Source of the DNA: Candidatus Levyibacteriota bacterium
GTDB taxonomy: Bacteria > Patescibacteriota > Microgenomatia > Levybacterales > UBA12049
Length of the DNA: 64,000 bases
Direction: 5' to 3'
Assembly: GCA_003173895.1 (NCBI GenBank)
Contig: PJMG01000001.1
Coordinates: 15,576 to 79,575 of the forward strand
Positions 29,591-38,692 of this stretch are shown piece by piece (within the stretch, counting starts at the first letter, position 1; each line of letters opens with the position of its first letter). The position numbers and the translations under genes were made by a program. The notes beneath the pieces were generated by a model. The model was not told the origin of the DNA and made no database searches. It worked only from the letters and a program-made list of their open reading frames with translations.

Positions 29591-30241
29591 TTATTTTATA
29601 GTAATAATATTTGGATCAGTACCTAATATCCACATTATAAAATATGGATATTGAGATAGGGTAGGATCAGTCTTAAAAGATGTAAGTCCCATTATTTCTA
29701 ATTCTTGGTGTATTTCAAATTCTTGAAGTTGGCCAAGCGCTTCCGCTGTTTGTTTATCATTTAATTCCTCATCACCAATTTCATCATAAATATAAGGATT
29801 ATACGAGCTTAGTACAGCACGTACTTCAGAATCCTCAGGGAATTTTGTTTCTAAGAGCAATTCCACTAATTTAAACGCACCAAAAAGTTTCAATCCTTTA
29901 ATAGCAGTTGCTAAAATATCTCTAGGATTAATTATCTTATCTTCAGAAGAAACTTCAGCATTAATTTCTCCATTATTTTTTGATACATATATATAAGAAT
30001 AGTTATTAGGTTGAGAAGAATTATTTGTACTTATTAATACTTTTTTAGATGAAACTTCATCCAACTGGTTCGCTGGAATTACGGATAAATATAAATGTTG
30101 GATAGTTCCATTTTCTAAATTTTGGTTAATGGTAATTATTCCTGTATCTTTCCTTAATACAGATATATCTCTATTAGATTCAACTAAATTTTTTAAATTT
30201 GTAATTGCTGTTTCTATATTCAAGCTTTCTGGATTTGACAT
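29591..30241 (-). CDS. hypothetical protein
   Basis: 216-aa ORF; divergent from the decarboxylase leader. Confidence 0.55.
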   Translation of the reverse strand: MSNPESLNIETAITNLKNLVESNRDISVLRKDTGIITINQNLENGTIQHLYLSVIPANQLDEVSSKKVLISTNNSSQPNNYSYIYVSKNNGEINAEVSSEDKIINPRDILATAIKGLKLFGAFKLVELLLETKFPEDSEVRAVLSSYNPYIYDEIGDEELNDKQTAEALGQLQEFEIHQELEIMGLTSFKTDPTLSQYPYFIMWILGTDPNIITIK

Positions 30242-30327
30242 AAGCGTATTATATTAAATGTAATTCCACTTGTAAATTTAGTAGTTGACAGATAAACAAG
30301 CTGTTTGATAACATAATATTCATAAAT

Positions 30328-30372
30328 ATGAAATCTACACAAATGTATATTGTCCTTTTTATTAACCGCTAA
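30328..30372 (+). CDS. putative attenuator leader peptide MKSTQMYIVLFINR
   Basis: ATG..TAA uORF downstream of TTGACA (30285); homologous to the uORF at 34124. Confidence 0.7.
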   Translation: MKSTQMYIVLFINR

Positions 30373-30429
30373 GGCGGAGGGACTTTTTCGTATAGAAAAG
30401 TTTTCAACCGCCAAATAGGCGGTTTTTTT
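30364..30429 (+). terminator. attenuator (antiterminator/terminator)
   Basis: AACCGC-TAA-GGCGG...AACCGCC-AAATA-GGCGGTT-U-tract. Confidence 0.8.
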
Positions 30430-31605
30430 GTGGATATGAAAGATAATTTACTTAAATTAAATTTAAAAAAAGATTATTCAGAACGTAAAAATATTGGTAC
30501 ATTTACCTCTATTTTTAGATCTCCTATGTTACAAGAATATATAGACTATTATTTAAATAAAAATTTTGTAGATAAAAATGCTTACGAATCTTTACATTAT
30601 TTAAAAGAAGATGTTTTAAGTAATTTTTTCCATTCTTTATTTGAGATAAAAGAAGGGAAAATTCTTACTACCTCTGGATCAACTGAATCTATATTATTAG
30701 CCTTATTTTATGCTAGAGAAAAAGCAAAAGTAGAAAAAGGTATTAATAAACCAAATATTATTGTAGGAGAGAATACTCATTATAGTATTCAGAATTGTGC
30801 ACGCTTCTTAAAAATACATGTAAAATATGCAGGATTAAATGATAAGTATGAAATAAATATTAAAGATGTAGAAAAAAGAATAGATAAAAATACTATTTTA
30901 TTAGTGGGTACGTTGGGTACTACGGAATTAGGAGTCGTTGATAATATTTTATTATTAGATAAATTAGCTATCGAATATAATATTCCTTTACATATTGATG
31001 CGGCTATAGGAGGCTTTATTCTCCCATTTTTAGAAAAGAATAATGATTATTCATTCTCTAGTTTAAAAAGTTTATTTTCTATGAATATATCCGGACATAA
31101 ATTTGGACTAGCCCTACCGGGTAGTGGGATACTCTTATTAAGAGAAAAACATTTAATCGATAATCATGGTGGTGAAATAGAATACTTAAGTTCAGGTAAA
31201 AGTATAGTAGAAAATCTTTTAATTTCATCTAACTCTCTTGGAGTTTTAAGTCTAGGTATAAATATATTAAGTTTAGGAAAAGAAGGATATAAAAATTTAG
31301 CTGAGAATTATTTAAAAACAAAAAAAGTATTACAGAGAGAATTAGACAATTTAAAGGTAGATTATTTTTCAGGATCTAACTACATGCCACAGTTATTTTT
31401 ACACCCAGAAAATGTTAAGGAGATATCAAAAAAACTTGCGGAAAATGGATGGATTCAACACACCTATAAGCCAAAAGGATTACAAAAAGAAGGAATTCGT
31501 ATTGTAATAAAGAATAATCAAGAAATGCTTTTAGAAAAAGACTTATTAGATGACTTAAAATTTTGGAATAAAGAGATGAAAGGAGAAAATTATATTTATG
31601 AATAA
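30430..31605 (+). CDS. group II PLP-dependent amino-acid decarboxylase (MfnA/PanP-like)
   Basis: TSGSTES, THYS, GTTELG.VD, HIDAAIGG, SGHK (PLP lysine); start GTG 30430 or ATG 30436. Confidence 0.88.
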   Translation: MDMKDNLLKLNLKKDYSERKNIGTFTSIFRSPMLQEYIDYYLNKNFVDKNAYESLHYLKEDVLSNFFHSLFEIKEGKILTTSGSTESILLALFYAREKAKVEKGINKPNIIVGENTHYSIQNCARFLKIHVKYAGLNDKYEINIKDVEKRIDKNTILLVGTLGTTELGVVDNILLLDKLAIEYNIPLHIDAAIGGFILPFLEKNNDYSFSSLKSLFSMNISGHKFGLALPGSGILLLREKHLIDNHGGEIEYLSSGKSIVENLLISSNSLGVLSLGINILSLGKEGYKNLAENYLKTKKVLQRELDNLKVDYFSGSNYMPQLFLHPENVKEISKKLAENGWIQHTYKPKGLQKEGIRIVIKNNQEMLLEKDLLDDLKFWNKEMKGENYIYE

Positions 31606-32959
31606 AAATGAAATACAAAATCATATAGTATTTCAAAATACTCCAGATGTATTAGACCCTGCTCAGATGAGCGGAGCTACTGGTAGAACGGCAGAATTAA
31701 TTATGAATTTATTAGCCAGAGCAAATCATATGGCTCTTACTGGAGATACTGTAATTAATTCTTCAAATGTCCCTGATGATTTTATTCAATATTTATCAGC
31801 TGTTACTGGGGAATATCCAGATATAGTAAAAACTCAAATAGAACCTCCTTTATTTACAAAAGATTTATTAGATGCTTTACCTACTGGATCTTTTGAAGGA
31901 TATTTACTTGATCCCTATATTCAGTCAAAAACTATTGCTCTATATAGTCAAGAACAAAATATACCCATGGCATATACTCCTTCTGAAACTATTTTAAATG
32001 GAGTTACCGATTTAGCAAATAATAAAAAATATTTTAGAGAAACTGCAAATCAATTAGGTATACCATTAATCCCTGATCAAGCAACGTTCACTACAGAAGA
32101 CTTTTCTGGGTTGCGAAAAAAAATTATAGATATGATGAAAAAACATAAGAGTGTATTTATACAAGCTAACAGTTCTGGTGGTGGCATTGGTAATATTGAT
32201 ATTAGAGGAAATACTTGGCAATCAAAATTAGGATTAGGTAAAGAGAAAGTTTTAGAAGAATTGAAAAAATGGATGAAAGAAATGAAAGACGCTGGATCGG
32301 ATACAATTCTTCTAGCTCCATATGTTGAATTACTTTCTAGTCCTACTGTTAGTGGATTTATTCCTAAGGAAGGCGAACCGATAATTTATGGTATTTTTGA
32401 CCAAACTTTAGATCCTACTTCTCATGACTATCAAGGATTTGAATGGCCAGCCAATGATCAATATTCAAAGATTTATGGATCTACTATGATTAAGGGAGCA
32501 AAAAAATGGTTTAAGCATCTACAAAAGTTAGGGTATGTAGGTCCTTCCGACGTGGATTACATTATAGGATACAATGATGCATTAGGAGAAGTAATAGGAG
32601 CAAGTGAATCAAATACTAGATGGGACGCATTTAGATTCGCTCTTCAACATGCAGGAAGATTACAGAGATGGAATTTAAGGACACTTGAAGGAATTGATGT
32701 TTTAAATGCTCCTTATATTAAATCTAATGATCATATACATACAAACGCAGCTTCAACTACAGAAATAGTTCAAAGATTACGTAATGGTAGAATTCCTCTG
32801 TTAGGATTAGATCATCAACAAATGGGAATTATTGTTATGGTACCTCCACAACCTACTGATAGACGAGGAGACCAACAATTAGCGTTGGCTGTTATTGGAC
32901 CAGATAAAAAAACAACGAAAAAACTTTTTGAAGATGCACAAATTTTACTGCATAGTTAA
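31598..32959 (+). CDS. ATP-grasp amide ligase, PGM1 (pheganomycin ligase)-related
   Basis: Pre-ATP-grasp segment (R..HMA.TGD.V...PDDF..YL), NNKKYFR, SSGGGIGN, DVD, ESNTR. Confidence 0.7.
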   Translation: MNKNEIQNHIVFQNTPDVLDPAQMSGATGRTAELIMNLLARANHMALTGDTVINSSNVPDDFIQYLSAVTGEYPDIVKTQIEPPLFTKDLLDALPTGSFEGYLLDPYIQSKTIALYSQEQNIPMAYTPSETILNGVTDLANNKKYFRETANQLGIPLIPDQATFTTEDFSGLRKKIIDMMKKHKSVFIQANSSGGGIGNIDIRGNTWQSKLGLGKEKVLEELKKWMKEMKDAGSDTILLAPYVELLSSPTVSGFIPKEGEPIIYGIFDQTLDPTSHDYQGFEWPANDQYSKIYGSTMIKGAKKWFKHLQKLGYVGPSDVDYIIGYNDALGEVIGASESNTRWDAFRFALQHAGRLQRWNLRTLEGIDVLNAPYIKSNDHIHTNAASTTEIVQRLRNGRIPLLGLDHQQMGIIVMVPPQPTDRRGDQQLALAVIGPDKKTTKKLFEDAQILLHS

Positions 32960-32964
32960 ATAAA

Positions 32965-34059
32965 ATGATTAAAATAAATAGGCAAAGACTTATAGAAAAT
33001 TTTATAGCTCTTGTTAAAACAAACAGTACTTCAGGGAATGAAAAAGATATTAGTAATTTTTTAAAAAGTAATTTAGAAAATTTAGGTGGTAAAGTAACTT
33101 TTGACTCTTATGGGAATCTTTTATCTTTTTTTGAAGGTAAAGGAGAAACAATAATATTAAATTGCCATTTAGACACAGTTCACCCAGGTGAAAATATAAG
33201 AACCATTCAAAAAGGAGATAGACTCTTTTCAGATGGTAAAACCATATTAGGAGCAGACGCAAAAGCAGGATTAGCGATAATTTTAGAGATTCTTAATTTA
33301 AGAAAAGAAAAAAAAATAAATTGTCCTCCTTTACAAATTATCCTCACTAAAGAAGAAGAATCTGGTCTTATTGGCGCTAGGAATTTAGACTTTAGTTTAG
33401 TTAAAGGGAAATATGGTTTGGTGTTTGATGGAGATTTTGGACCTGACAATATTACAATTTATGCTCCAGGTTATTATTTTTTTGAATGTTCAGTTTTAGG
33501 TAAAGCAGCTCATGCTGGAATGGAACCAGAAAAAGGCGTATCTGCTATTTTAGGTGCGGCAAAATTAATAAATAAAATTCCCTTTGGACGAATAGATTCC
33601 GAAACTACTCAAAATATCGGTATTATACAGGGTGGAGACGGTACTAATATAATTTCTAATAAAGTAATTTTTAAAGGAGAAATTAGGGGTAGAAATAAAA
33701 CTAAATTATTAAAGCAAATAAAAAAATTAAAGTTTATTATAGAAAAATTTTTAAGTGAAAATAAAAATATCAAAGTAAAATTAAATGGACAAATTATATT
33801 CGATCCTTACGCTTTTAGTCTAAAAAACAAATTTTTAAAAAAAATTCAATTAGCATATGAACCAATAGGATTAAAACCTAAATTTTTACCTTCAGGTGGA
33901 GGTACAGATGCTAATATTTTTAATAATAAGGGTTTTAATCTATTTCCTATAGGTTTTGGTGCATATAATACTCATACAACTTCTGAGTATCTAATTCTAT
34001 CTGAAATGGAAAAAACACTAATTTTTTGTATTAATCTTTTAAAAATAAAAAGAAGATAA
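32965..34059 (+). CDS. M20 peptidase, PepT-like tripeptidase family
   Basis: HLDTV, LGADAKAG, KEEESG, AHAGMEPEKG, GGGTDAN, HTTSE. Confidence 0.9.
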   Translation: MIKINRQRLIENFIALVKTNSTSGNEKDISNFLKSNLENLGGKVTFDSYGNLLSFFEGKGETIILNCHLDTVHPGENIRTIQKGDRLFSDGKTILGADAKAGLAIILEILNLRKEKKINCPPLQIILTKEEESGLIGARNLDFSLVKGKYGLVFDGDFGPDNITIYAPGYYFFECSVLGKAAHAGMEPEKGVSAILGAAKLINKIPFGRIDSETTQNIGIIQGGDGTNIISNKVIFKGEIRGRNKTKLLKQIKKLKFIIEKFLSENKNIKVKLNGQIIFDPYAFSLKNKFLKKIQLAYEPIGLKPKFLPSGGGTDANIFNNKGFNLFPIGFGAYNTHTTSEYLILSEMEKTLIFCINLLKIKRR

Positions 34060-34088
34060 ATTCTTTTATCAATATTATTGTCCAGTAT

Positions 34089-34117
34089 TTGACATCATAT
34101 TTTAAATACACTATAAT
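34089..34117 (+). promoter_or_regulatory. consensus sigma70 promoter
   Basis: TTGACA-17 nt-TATAAT; uORF ATG 6 nt downstream. Confidence 0.85.
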
Positions 34118-34123
34118 CTCATT

Positions 34124-34171
34124 ATGAGTTCGAAATACGCACAAGTTTTTGTCCTTATTATTAACCGCTAA
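34124..34171 (+). CDS. putative attenuator leader peptide MSSKYAQVFVLIINR
   Basis: Leaderless uORF homologous to 30328..30372. Confidence 0.72.
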   Translation: MSSKYAQVFVLIINR

Positions 34172-34226
34172 GGCGGAGGACTTTTTATATAAAAAAGTTT
34201 CAACCGCCAAAAAAGGCGGTTTTTTT
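34163..34226 (+). terminator. attenuator (antiterminator/terminator)
   Basis: AACCGC-TAA-GGCGG...AACCGCC-A6-GGCGGTT-U-tract. Confidence 0.8.
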
Positions 34227-34239
34227 GTAAAATGAACTT

Positions 34240-35331
34240 ATGTTAGATCAAATAAAATTATTAACCAATATTTTACTCTCTATTCATTCTGTAAAAACAG
34301 AATTTGAGAATTTAAATTTAGCCTTAGAAGTGGCTGAAACAGAACTCTCTGAATTTAAAATAGAAAAATTTACCAGTAATAATTTCCCCAGCCTTTTAGT
34401 CTATAATCAACACACTTTACCTGCCAAATTTAAGGTAATTTTAAATGCTCATTTGGATGTCACACCAGCTCCTGATGAATTTTTCCATGCAAAAGAGAAA
34501 AGTGGAAAACTTTATGGTCGTGGAGTATATGATATGAAAGCAGCCGCAGCTGTAATGATTTTAGTTTTTAAAGAAATGGCTAAGAAGGTTAATTATCCGC
34601 TAGGACTTCAATTAGTAACTGATGAAGAACTAGGTGGCCATAATGGAACTAAATATCAAATAGAAAAAGGCGTAAAAAGCGATTTCGTTTTATGTGGAGA
34701 TGCTTCTAATTTAGAAGTAGTTAATAAATCTAAAGGCTTTGCTTGGATGAAGATAAGTTGTAAAGGTGCTACTTCTCATGGAGCTTATCCATGGGAAGGA
34801 GATAATGCTTTGTGGAAAATAAATCATTTTCTAAATAAATTAAAGCAAGCATTTCCAATACCTGAAAAAGATTCATGGGTTACTACTATTAATTTAGCTA
34901 AAATAGAAACATCTAATAATACATTTAATGAAATACCATCTGATTCTACAGTTTGGTTGGATATAAGATATATTCCTGAAGAAAAAAATATCTTAAGGAA
35001 AAAGATTCTAGATCTTATACCTAAAGATTTTTCTTATAAATTCGTATTAAATGAATCTTATGCATATCTAGATCCTAAGAATGAGTATATTCAGAAACTT
35101 CAAAACGCAAGCGAGAAAGTGATAAAAAAACCTTTAACTATCTCTGCTCACAATGGTGGATCTGATGCTAGACTTTATACTAATAAAGATATGGATAGCT
35201 TAGAATTCGGGCCTAAAGGTGGGAGATTACCTGATGGTAACGAATGGATAGATTTTAAAAATCTGGAAGAGTATCATAAAATTTTAAAAGAATTTTTAAA
35301 ATCAATAAATAATTTTTCATTAAACAATTAA
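34240..35331 (+). CDS. M20 metallohydrolase (DapE/ArgE-like), C-terminal His ligand absent
   Basis: AHLDV, GRGVYDMK, TDEE, GGSDAR. Confidence 0.88.
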   Translation: MLDQIKLLTNILLSIHSVKTEFENLNLALEVAETELSEFKIEKFTSNNFPSLLVYNQHTLPAKFKVILNAHLDVTPAPDEFFHAKEKSGKLYGRGVYDMKAAAAVMILVFKEMAKKVNYPLGLQLVTDEELGGHNGTKYQIEKGVKSDFVLCGDASNLEVVNKSKGFAWMKISCKGATSHGAYPWEGDNALWKINHFLNKLKQAFPIPEKDSWVTTINLAKIETSNNTFNEIPSDSTVWLDIRYIPEEKNILRKKILDLIPKDFSYKFVLNESYAYLDPKNEYIQKLQNASEKVIKKPLTISAHNGGSDARLYTNKDMDSLEFGPKGGRLPDGNEWIDFKNLEEYHKILKEFLKSINNFSLNN

Positions 35332-35337
35332 CTGACC

Positions 35338-36453
35338 ATGACTATGGACGAAGATATTTTAGAATTAACTAAAAATCTAATAAGTTTACATACTGTGTCT
35401 AAAAATTCAGGAGTAAATGCTGACGCTTTAGCTTTTATAGAACATTATTTAAAGGATTCACATTTATTTTTTAAAAAATACCATAAAAATGGAATCTATA
35501 ATTTAGTTATTTCTAATAAACCAGTAACAAATAATTTTGATCTTATTTTGCATGGACACATAGATGTAATCCCTGCTACAAATCCAGAAGATTTTATTCC
35601 TAGAGTAGGGAACGGAAAATTATTTGGTCGCGGATCCATGGATATGAAAGGAGGATTGGCAGCCTTAATAGTTTTGATGAGAGAAATAGGAAAAGGAAAT
35701 ATTCAGATAGATAAAAATATTGCACTTTTTATAACTGCAGATGAAGAGTTGGGTGGAGCTAATGGAACTAAATATTTAATTCAACAGTTAGGCTATAAAT
35801 CTAAATTTTTTTTAACAGGCGAGGGAGTAAAAGAAAATTTTCCTATTTATAATAAGAGTAAAGGAGTTCTCTCTTTAAAAGTAAAATCTAAGGGAAAAGG
35901 AAAACATGCATCTCTACCTTGGTTAGGAGAAAGCGCTATAGATAATTTAATAAATTTCTATCATGATATTAGAATTTTATTTCCTAAAAAAGATAATAAA
36001 AATAATTGGTATTCTACCTGTTTATTAAGTACTATATATGGTGGAGAAGCTATTAATTCTGTATCAGAATATGCAGAAGGTAGTATAGACATACGCTTTA
36101 CAGAAGAATTCAAATCAGCAGATCAAGTTTTAGAAAAAATTTATAGTATTCAAAAAAATCATCCTGGAATTAGCTTGGAAGTAGTAGTAAAAAATGAAAT
36201 GTTAAATACTTCTAGAGATAATAACTATATTAAAATATTAGCAAATGCTGTTAAAAAAAATATCAATCCATGGAATAATTATTTTTTAAGTGCTCATGGA
36301 GTTTCAGATGCTAGATTTGCTGCTGAAAATGGAATACCTGGTGTAGAATTTGGTCCTTCTGGCAATAATAGTCATAGTACTAGTGAATATGTAAAAATTG
36401 ATAGTTTATCTGTGTTCTATGATATCTTAAAAGATTTTATTAAAAATATTTAA
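35338..36453 (+). CDS. M20 metallohydrolase (DapE/ArgE-like)
   Basis: GHIDV, GRGSMDMKG, ADEE, SDAR, SHSTSE. Confidence 0.88.
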   Translation: MTMDEDILELTKNLISLHTVSKNSGVNADALAFIEHYLKDSHLFFKKYHKNGIYNLVISNKPVTNNFDLILHGHIDVIPATNPEDFIPRVGNGKLFGRGSMDMKGGLAALIVLMREIGKGNIQIDKNIALFITADEELGGANGTKYLIQQLGYKSKFFLTGEGVKENFPIYNKSKGVLSLKVKSKGKGKHASLPWLGESAIDNLINFYHDIRILFPKKDNKNNWYSTCLLSTIYGGEAINSVSEYAEGSIDIRFTEEFKSADQVLEKIYSIQKNHPGISLEVVVKNEMLNTSRDNNYIKILANAVKKNINPWNNYFLSAHGVSDARFAAENGIPGVEFGPSGNNSHSTSEYVKIDSLSVFYDILKDFIKNI

Positions 36454-36460
36454 ATTATTT

Positions 36461-37531
36461 ATGATTGACCAAATTAAATCTCTAAGCAGTTTACTTATTT
36501 CTATTCCTTCTGTAAAAGGAGATAGAAAAAGTTTAGACTTAGTTTTAACAGTAGCTAAACAAGAACTTTCAGACTTTAAAGTAAAAGAATTTGAAAGTAA
36601 TAATATTCCTAGTTTACTAGTTTATAATACTGAAACTTTACCTGAAAAATTTAAAGTTTTAATTAGTGCTCATTTAGATGTCGTTCCTGCTAAAAAAGAT
36701 CAATTTAATGCGGTTGAGAAAAATGGCCGGCTTTATGGTCGTGGAGCATATGATATGAAAGCTGGTGCAGCTGCCAGTATATTAGTATTTAAAGAAGTAG
36801 CTAAAAAAGTGAATTATCCCTTTGGCCTTCAATTAGTAACTGATGAGGAAATTGGTGGATATGATGGTGCTTTATATCAAGTGAAACAGGGAGTTAAAAC
36901 TGATTTTGTTATAGCCGGTGATTCATCTAACTTCTCGATGGTAACAGAAGCTAAAACACTCTTCTGGATAAAAGTTAGTGCACCGGGTAAAACAGAACAT
37001 GCAGGTTATCCCTGGTTGGGAGACAATGCAATTGATAAGATGGTAGATTTTGCTAAAAGAGTAAAAGAAGAATTTCCCACTTTAAAAGAAGATAAATGGA
37101 CCAATACAGTAACACTCTCTAAAATAGAAACTAATAATATAGCAATTAATAAAATACCTGCTGACTGTAGTACTACGTTTGATATTCGTTGTATTCCTGA
37201 AGATAGAGAAAAAGTTTTTAATAAATTTATCAGTTTAATTCCTAAAAATTTTAAATATGAAGTTTTATTAGATGAACCCGCAGAATTAACTCCTAAAGAT
37301 AGTCCATATTTACAGAAATTAGTCTCTACAGTTGAAAAAGTGACTGGAAAAAGACCAGAAATGATTACTAAACACGGTCTATCTGATGTACGTTTTTTTA
37401 TGGAACAAGGAGCACATGGTACCCAATTTGGTCCCAAGGGAGCAGGACATCATAGTGATGATGAGTGGGTAGACCTTAAAAATTTAAATGACTACTATCA
37501 TATATTAAAAAACTTCCTCCTTTCACTTTAA
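36461..37531 (+). CDS. M20 metallohydrolase (DapE/ArgE-like), close paralog of 34240..35331
   Basis: AHLDVV, GRGAYDMK, TDEE, GHHSDDEW. Confidence 0.88.
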   Translation: MIDQIKSLSSLLISIPSVKGDRKSLDLVLTVAKQELSDFKVKEFESNNIPSLLVYNTETLPEKFKVLISAHLDVVPAKKDQFNAVEKNGRLYGRGAYDMKAGAAASILVFKEVAKKVNYPFGLQLVTDEEIGGYDGALYQVKQGVKTDFVIAGDSSNFSMVTEAKTLFWIKVSAPGKTEHAGYPWLGDNAIDKMVDFAKRVKEEFPTLKEDKWTNTVTLSKIETNNIAINKIPADCSTTFDIRCIPEDREKVFNKFISLIPKNFKYEVLLDEPAELTPKDSPYLQKLVSTVEKVTGKRPEMITKHGLSDVRFFMEQGAHGTQFGPKGAGHHSDDEWVDLKNLNDYYHILKNFLLSL

Positions 37532-37563
37532 CTTAAAAATATCCTTTGGTATAATCAAACAAC

Positions 37564-37637
37564 GGACGGTTAGCTCAGTTGGTTAGAGCGTTACATTGAC
37601 ATTGTAAAGGTCACTGGTTCGAGTCCAGTACCGTCCA
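37564..37637 (+). tRNA. tRNA-Val(GAC)
   Basis: GGACGGTTAGCTCAGTTGGTTAGAGC...TTACA-TTGACAT-TGTAA...CCGTCCA. Confidence 0.96.
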
Positions 37638-37662
37638 CTAAATAATTTGCTACAATACTATT

Positions 37663-38214
37663 ATGACGCGAGATCAAGCTTGGGAAATCTTAAATAAACA
37701 TCTTAAAAACGATAAGCTTATTAAACACTGCTTAGCTGCTGAAGCTACTATGCGAGGTTTAGCAAGATATTTTGGTGAAGATCAAGAAGTTTGGGGAATA
37801 ACAGGACTTCTGCACGATGCAGATTATGAAAAGTCAAAAGGTCACCCAGAAAAACATGGACTTTTACTTTTTGAGTTAGAAAAAGATATCCCTGATGATA
37901 TAAAACATGCTATTCAGTCACATAATTACGATGATACTAATGTCATGCCAGAAACTAAAATGGATTGGGCTATCACTTGCTGTGATCAATTAACTGGACT
38001 TATAGTAGCCTGTGCACTAGTAACACCAAACAGAAAACTTTCCGAATTAACTAACGACTTTATTATAAAGAAATTAAAAGAAGTAAAATTTGCAGCAGGA
38101 GCAGATAGATCTAAAATTTATATGTGTGAGGAAAAATTAGGAATTCCTCTTATAGAATTCGTAACCATAGCATTAACTTCTATGCAGGAAATCAGCGATC
38201 AATTAGGCCTCTAG
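37663..38214 (+). CDS. HDIG-type HD-domain hydrolase
   Basis: KHCLAAE, GLLHDADYE, CDQLTGLI, FAAGADR. Confidence 0.85.
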   Translation: MTRDQAWEILNKHLKNDKLIKHCLAAEATMRGLARYFGEDQEVWGITGLLHDADYEKSKGHPEKHGLLLFELEKDIPDDIKHAIQSHNYDDTNVMPETKMDWAITCCDQLTGLIVACALVTPNRKLSELTNDFIIKKLKEVKFAAGADRSKIYMCEEKLGIPLIEFVTIALTSMQEISDQLGL

Positions 38215-38258
38215 TTTTCTTATCTTATTCTTAAAATTATTTGTTATTTAAAAAACCT

Positions 38259-38537
38259 ATGAGTAAAAGACAATTTATAAAAACTAAATATATTAAAGAA
38301 GTACCCACGAATCAAGAAGTTAATAAATCGGCTGATAAATATTTAGCTGTAGACCGTTCTAAAAAAGCTTTATTTATAAATAATTTTATTGGTGGAATTG
38401 CATGGGGAATAGGAGCTAGTATTGGTGCGTCAATAATAATCACTATACTCGGATTTATTTTAGGACAATTGGGTTTTATTCCATTTCTTCATCCATATAC
38501 TTCACAAGTATTAAAATTTTTCCCACATAAACAGTAA
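38259..38537 (+). CDS. small membrane protein (DUF5665-like)
   Basis: NNFIGGIAWGIGASIG. Confidence 0.65.
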   Translation: MSKRQFIKTKYIKEVPTNQEVNKSADKYLAVDRSKKALFINNFIGGIAWGIGASIGASIIITILGFILGQLGFIPFLHPYTSQVLKFFPHKQ

Positions 38538-38580
38538 AATACTGCTTGCGTCGATAAATTATTCATGTTAATATATTTTT

Positions 38581-38684
38581 ATGATTAAAAATATCGCAAT
38601 GAATTGTCCAACTACAAAGTCAACTTCTGATTAGGAGGTTTTCTTTTTGTGGAAAAGTATAACCTCCGAAAGGAGGTTTTTTTT
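38581..38684 (+). promoter_or_regulatory. leader-peptide attenuator (uORF 38581..38634 MIKNIAMNCPTTKSTSD plus terminator)
   Basis: TTGCGT-17-TAATAT-6-ATG; GGAGGTT at the stop codon complements the 5' arm of AACCTCC-GAAA-GGAGGTT-U-tract. Confidence 0.7.
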
Positions 38685-38692
38685 GTGCCTTT

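Noticed and set aside
30220..30414. 64-aa minus-strand ORF
   Set aside because: Antisense to the promoter and attenuator; no support as a gene.
30350..34226. Repeated TTGTCCTT...ATTAACCGCTAAGGCGGAGG as CRISPR repeat or mobile-element ends
   Set aside because: Only two copies 3.8 kb apart, no spacers, cas genes or transposase; better explained as a duplicated leader.
37006..37437. Antisense ORFs inside long genes (also 7597, 42948, 45591 and others)
   Set aside because: They lie opposite well-supported CDSs and reflect codon bias.
2114..37637. tRNA genes as integration sites for an island or prophage
   Set aside because: No integrase, phage genes or duplicated tRNA 3' ends were seen.
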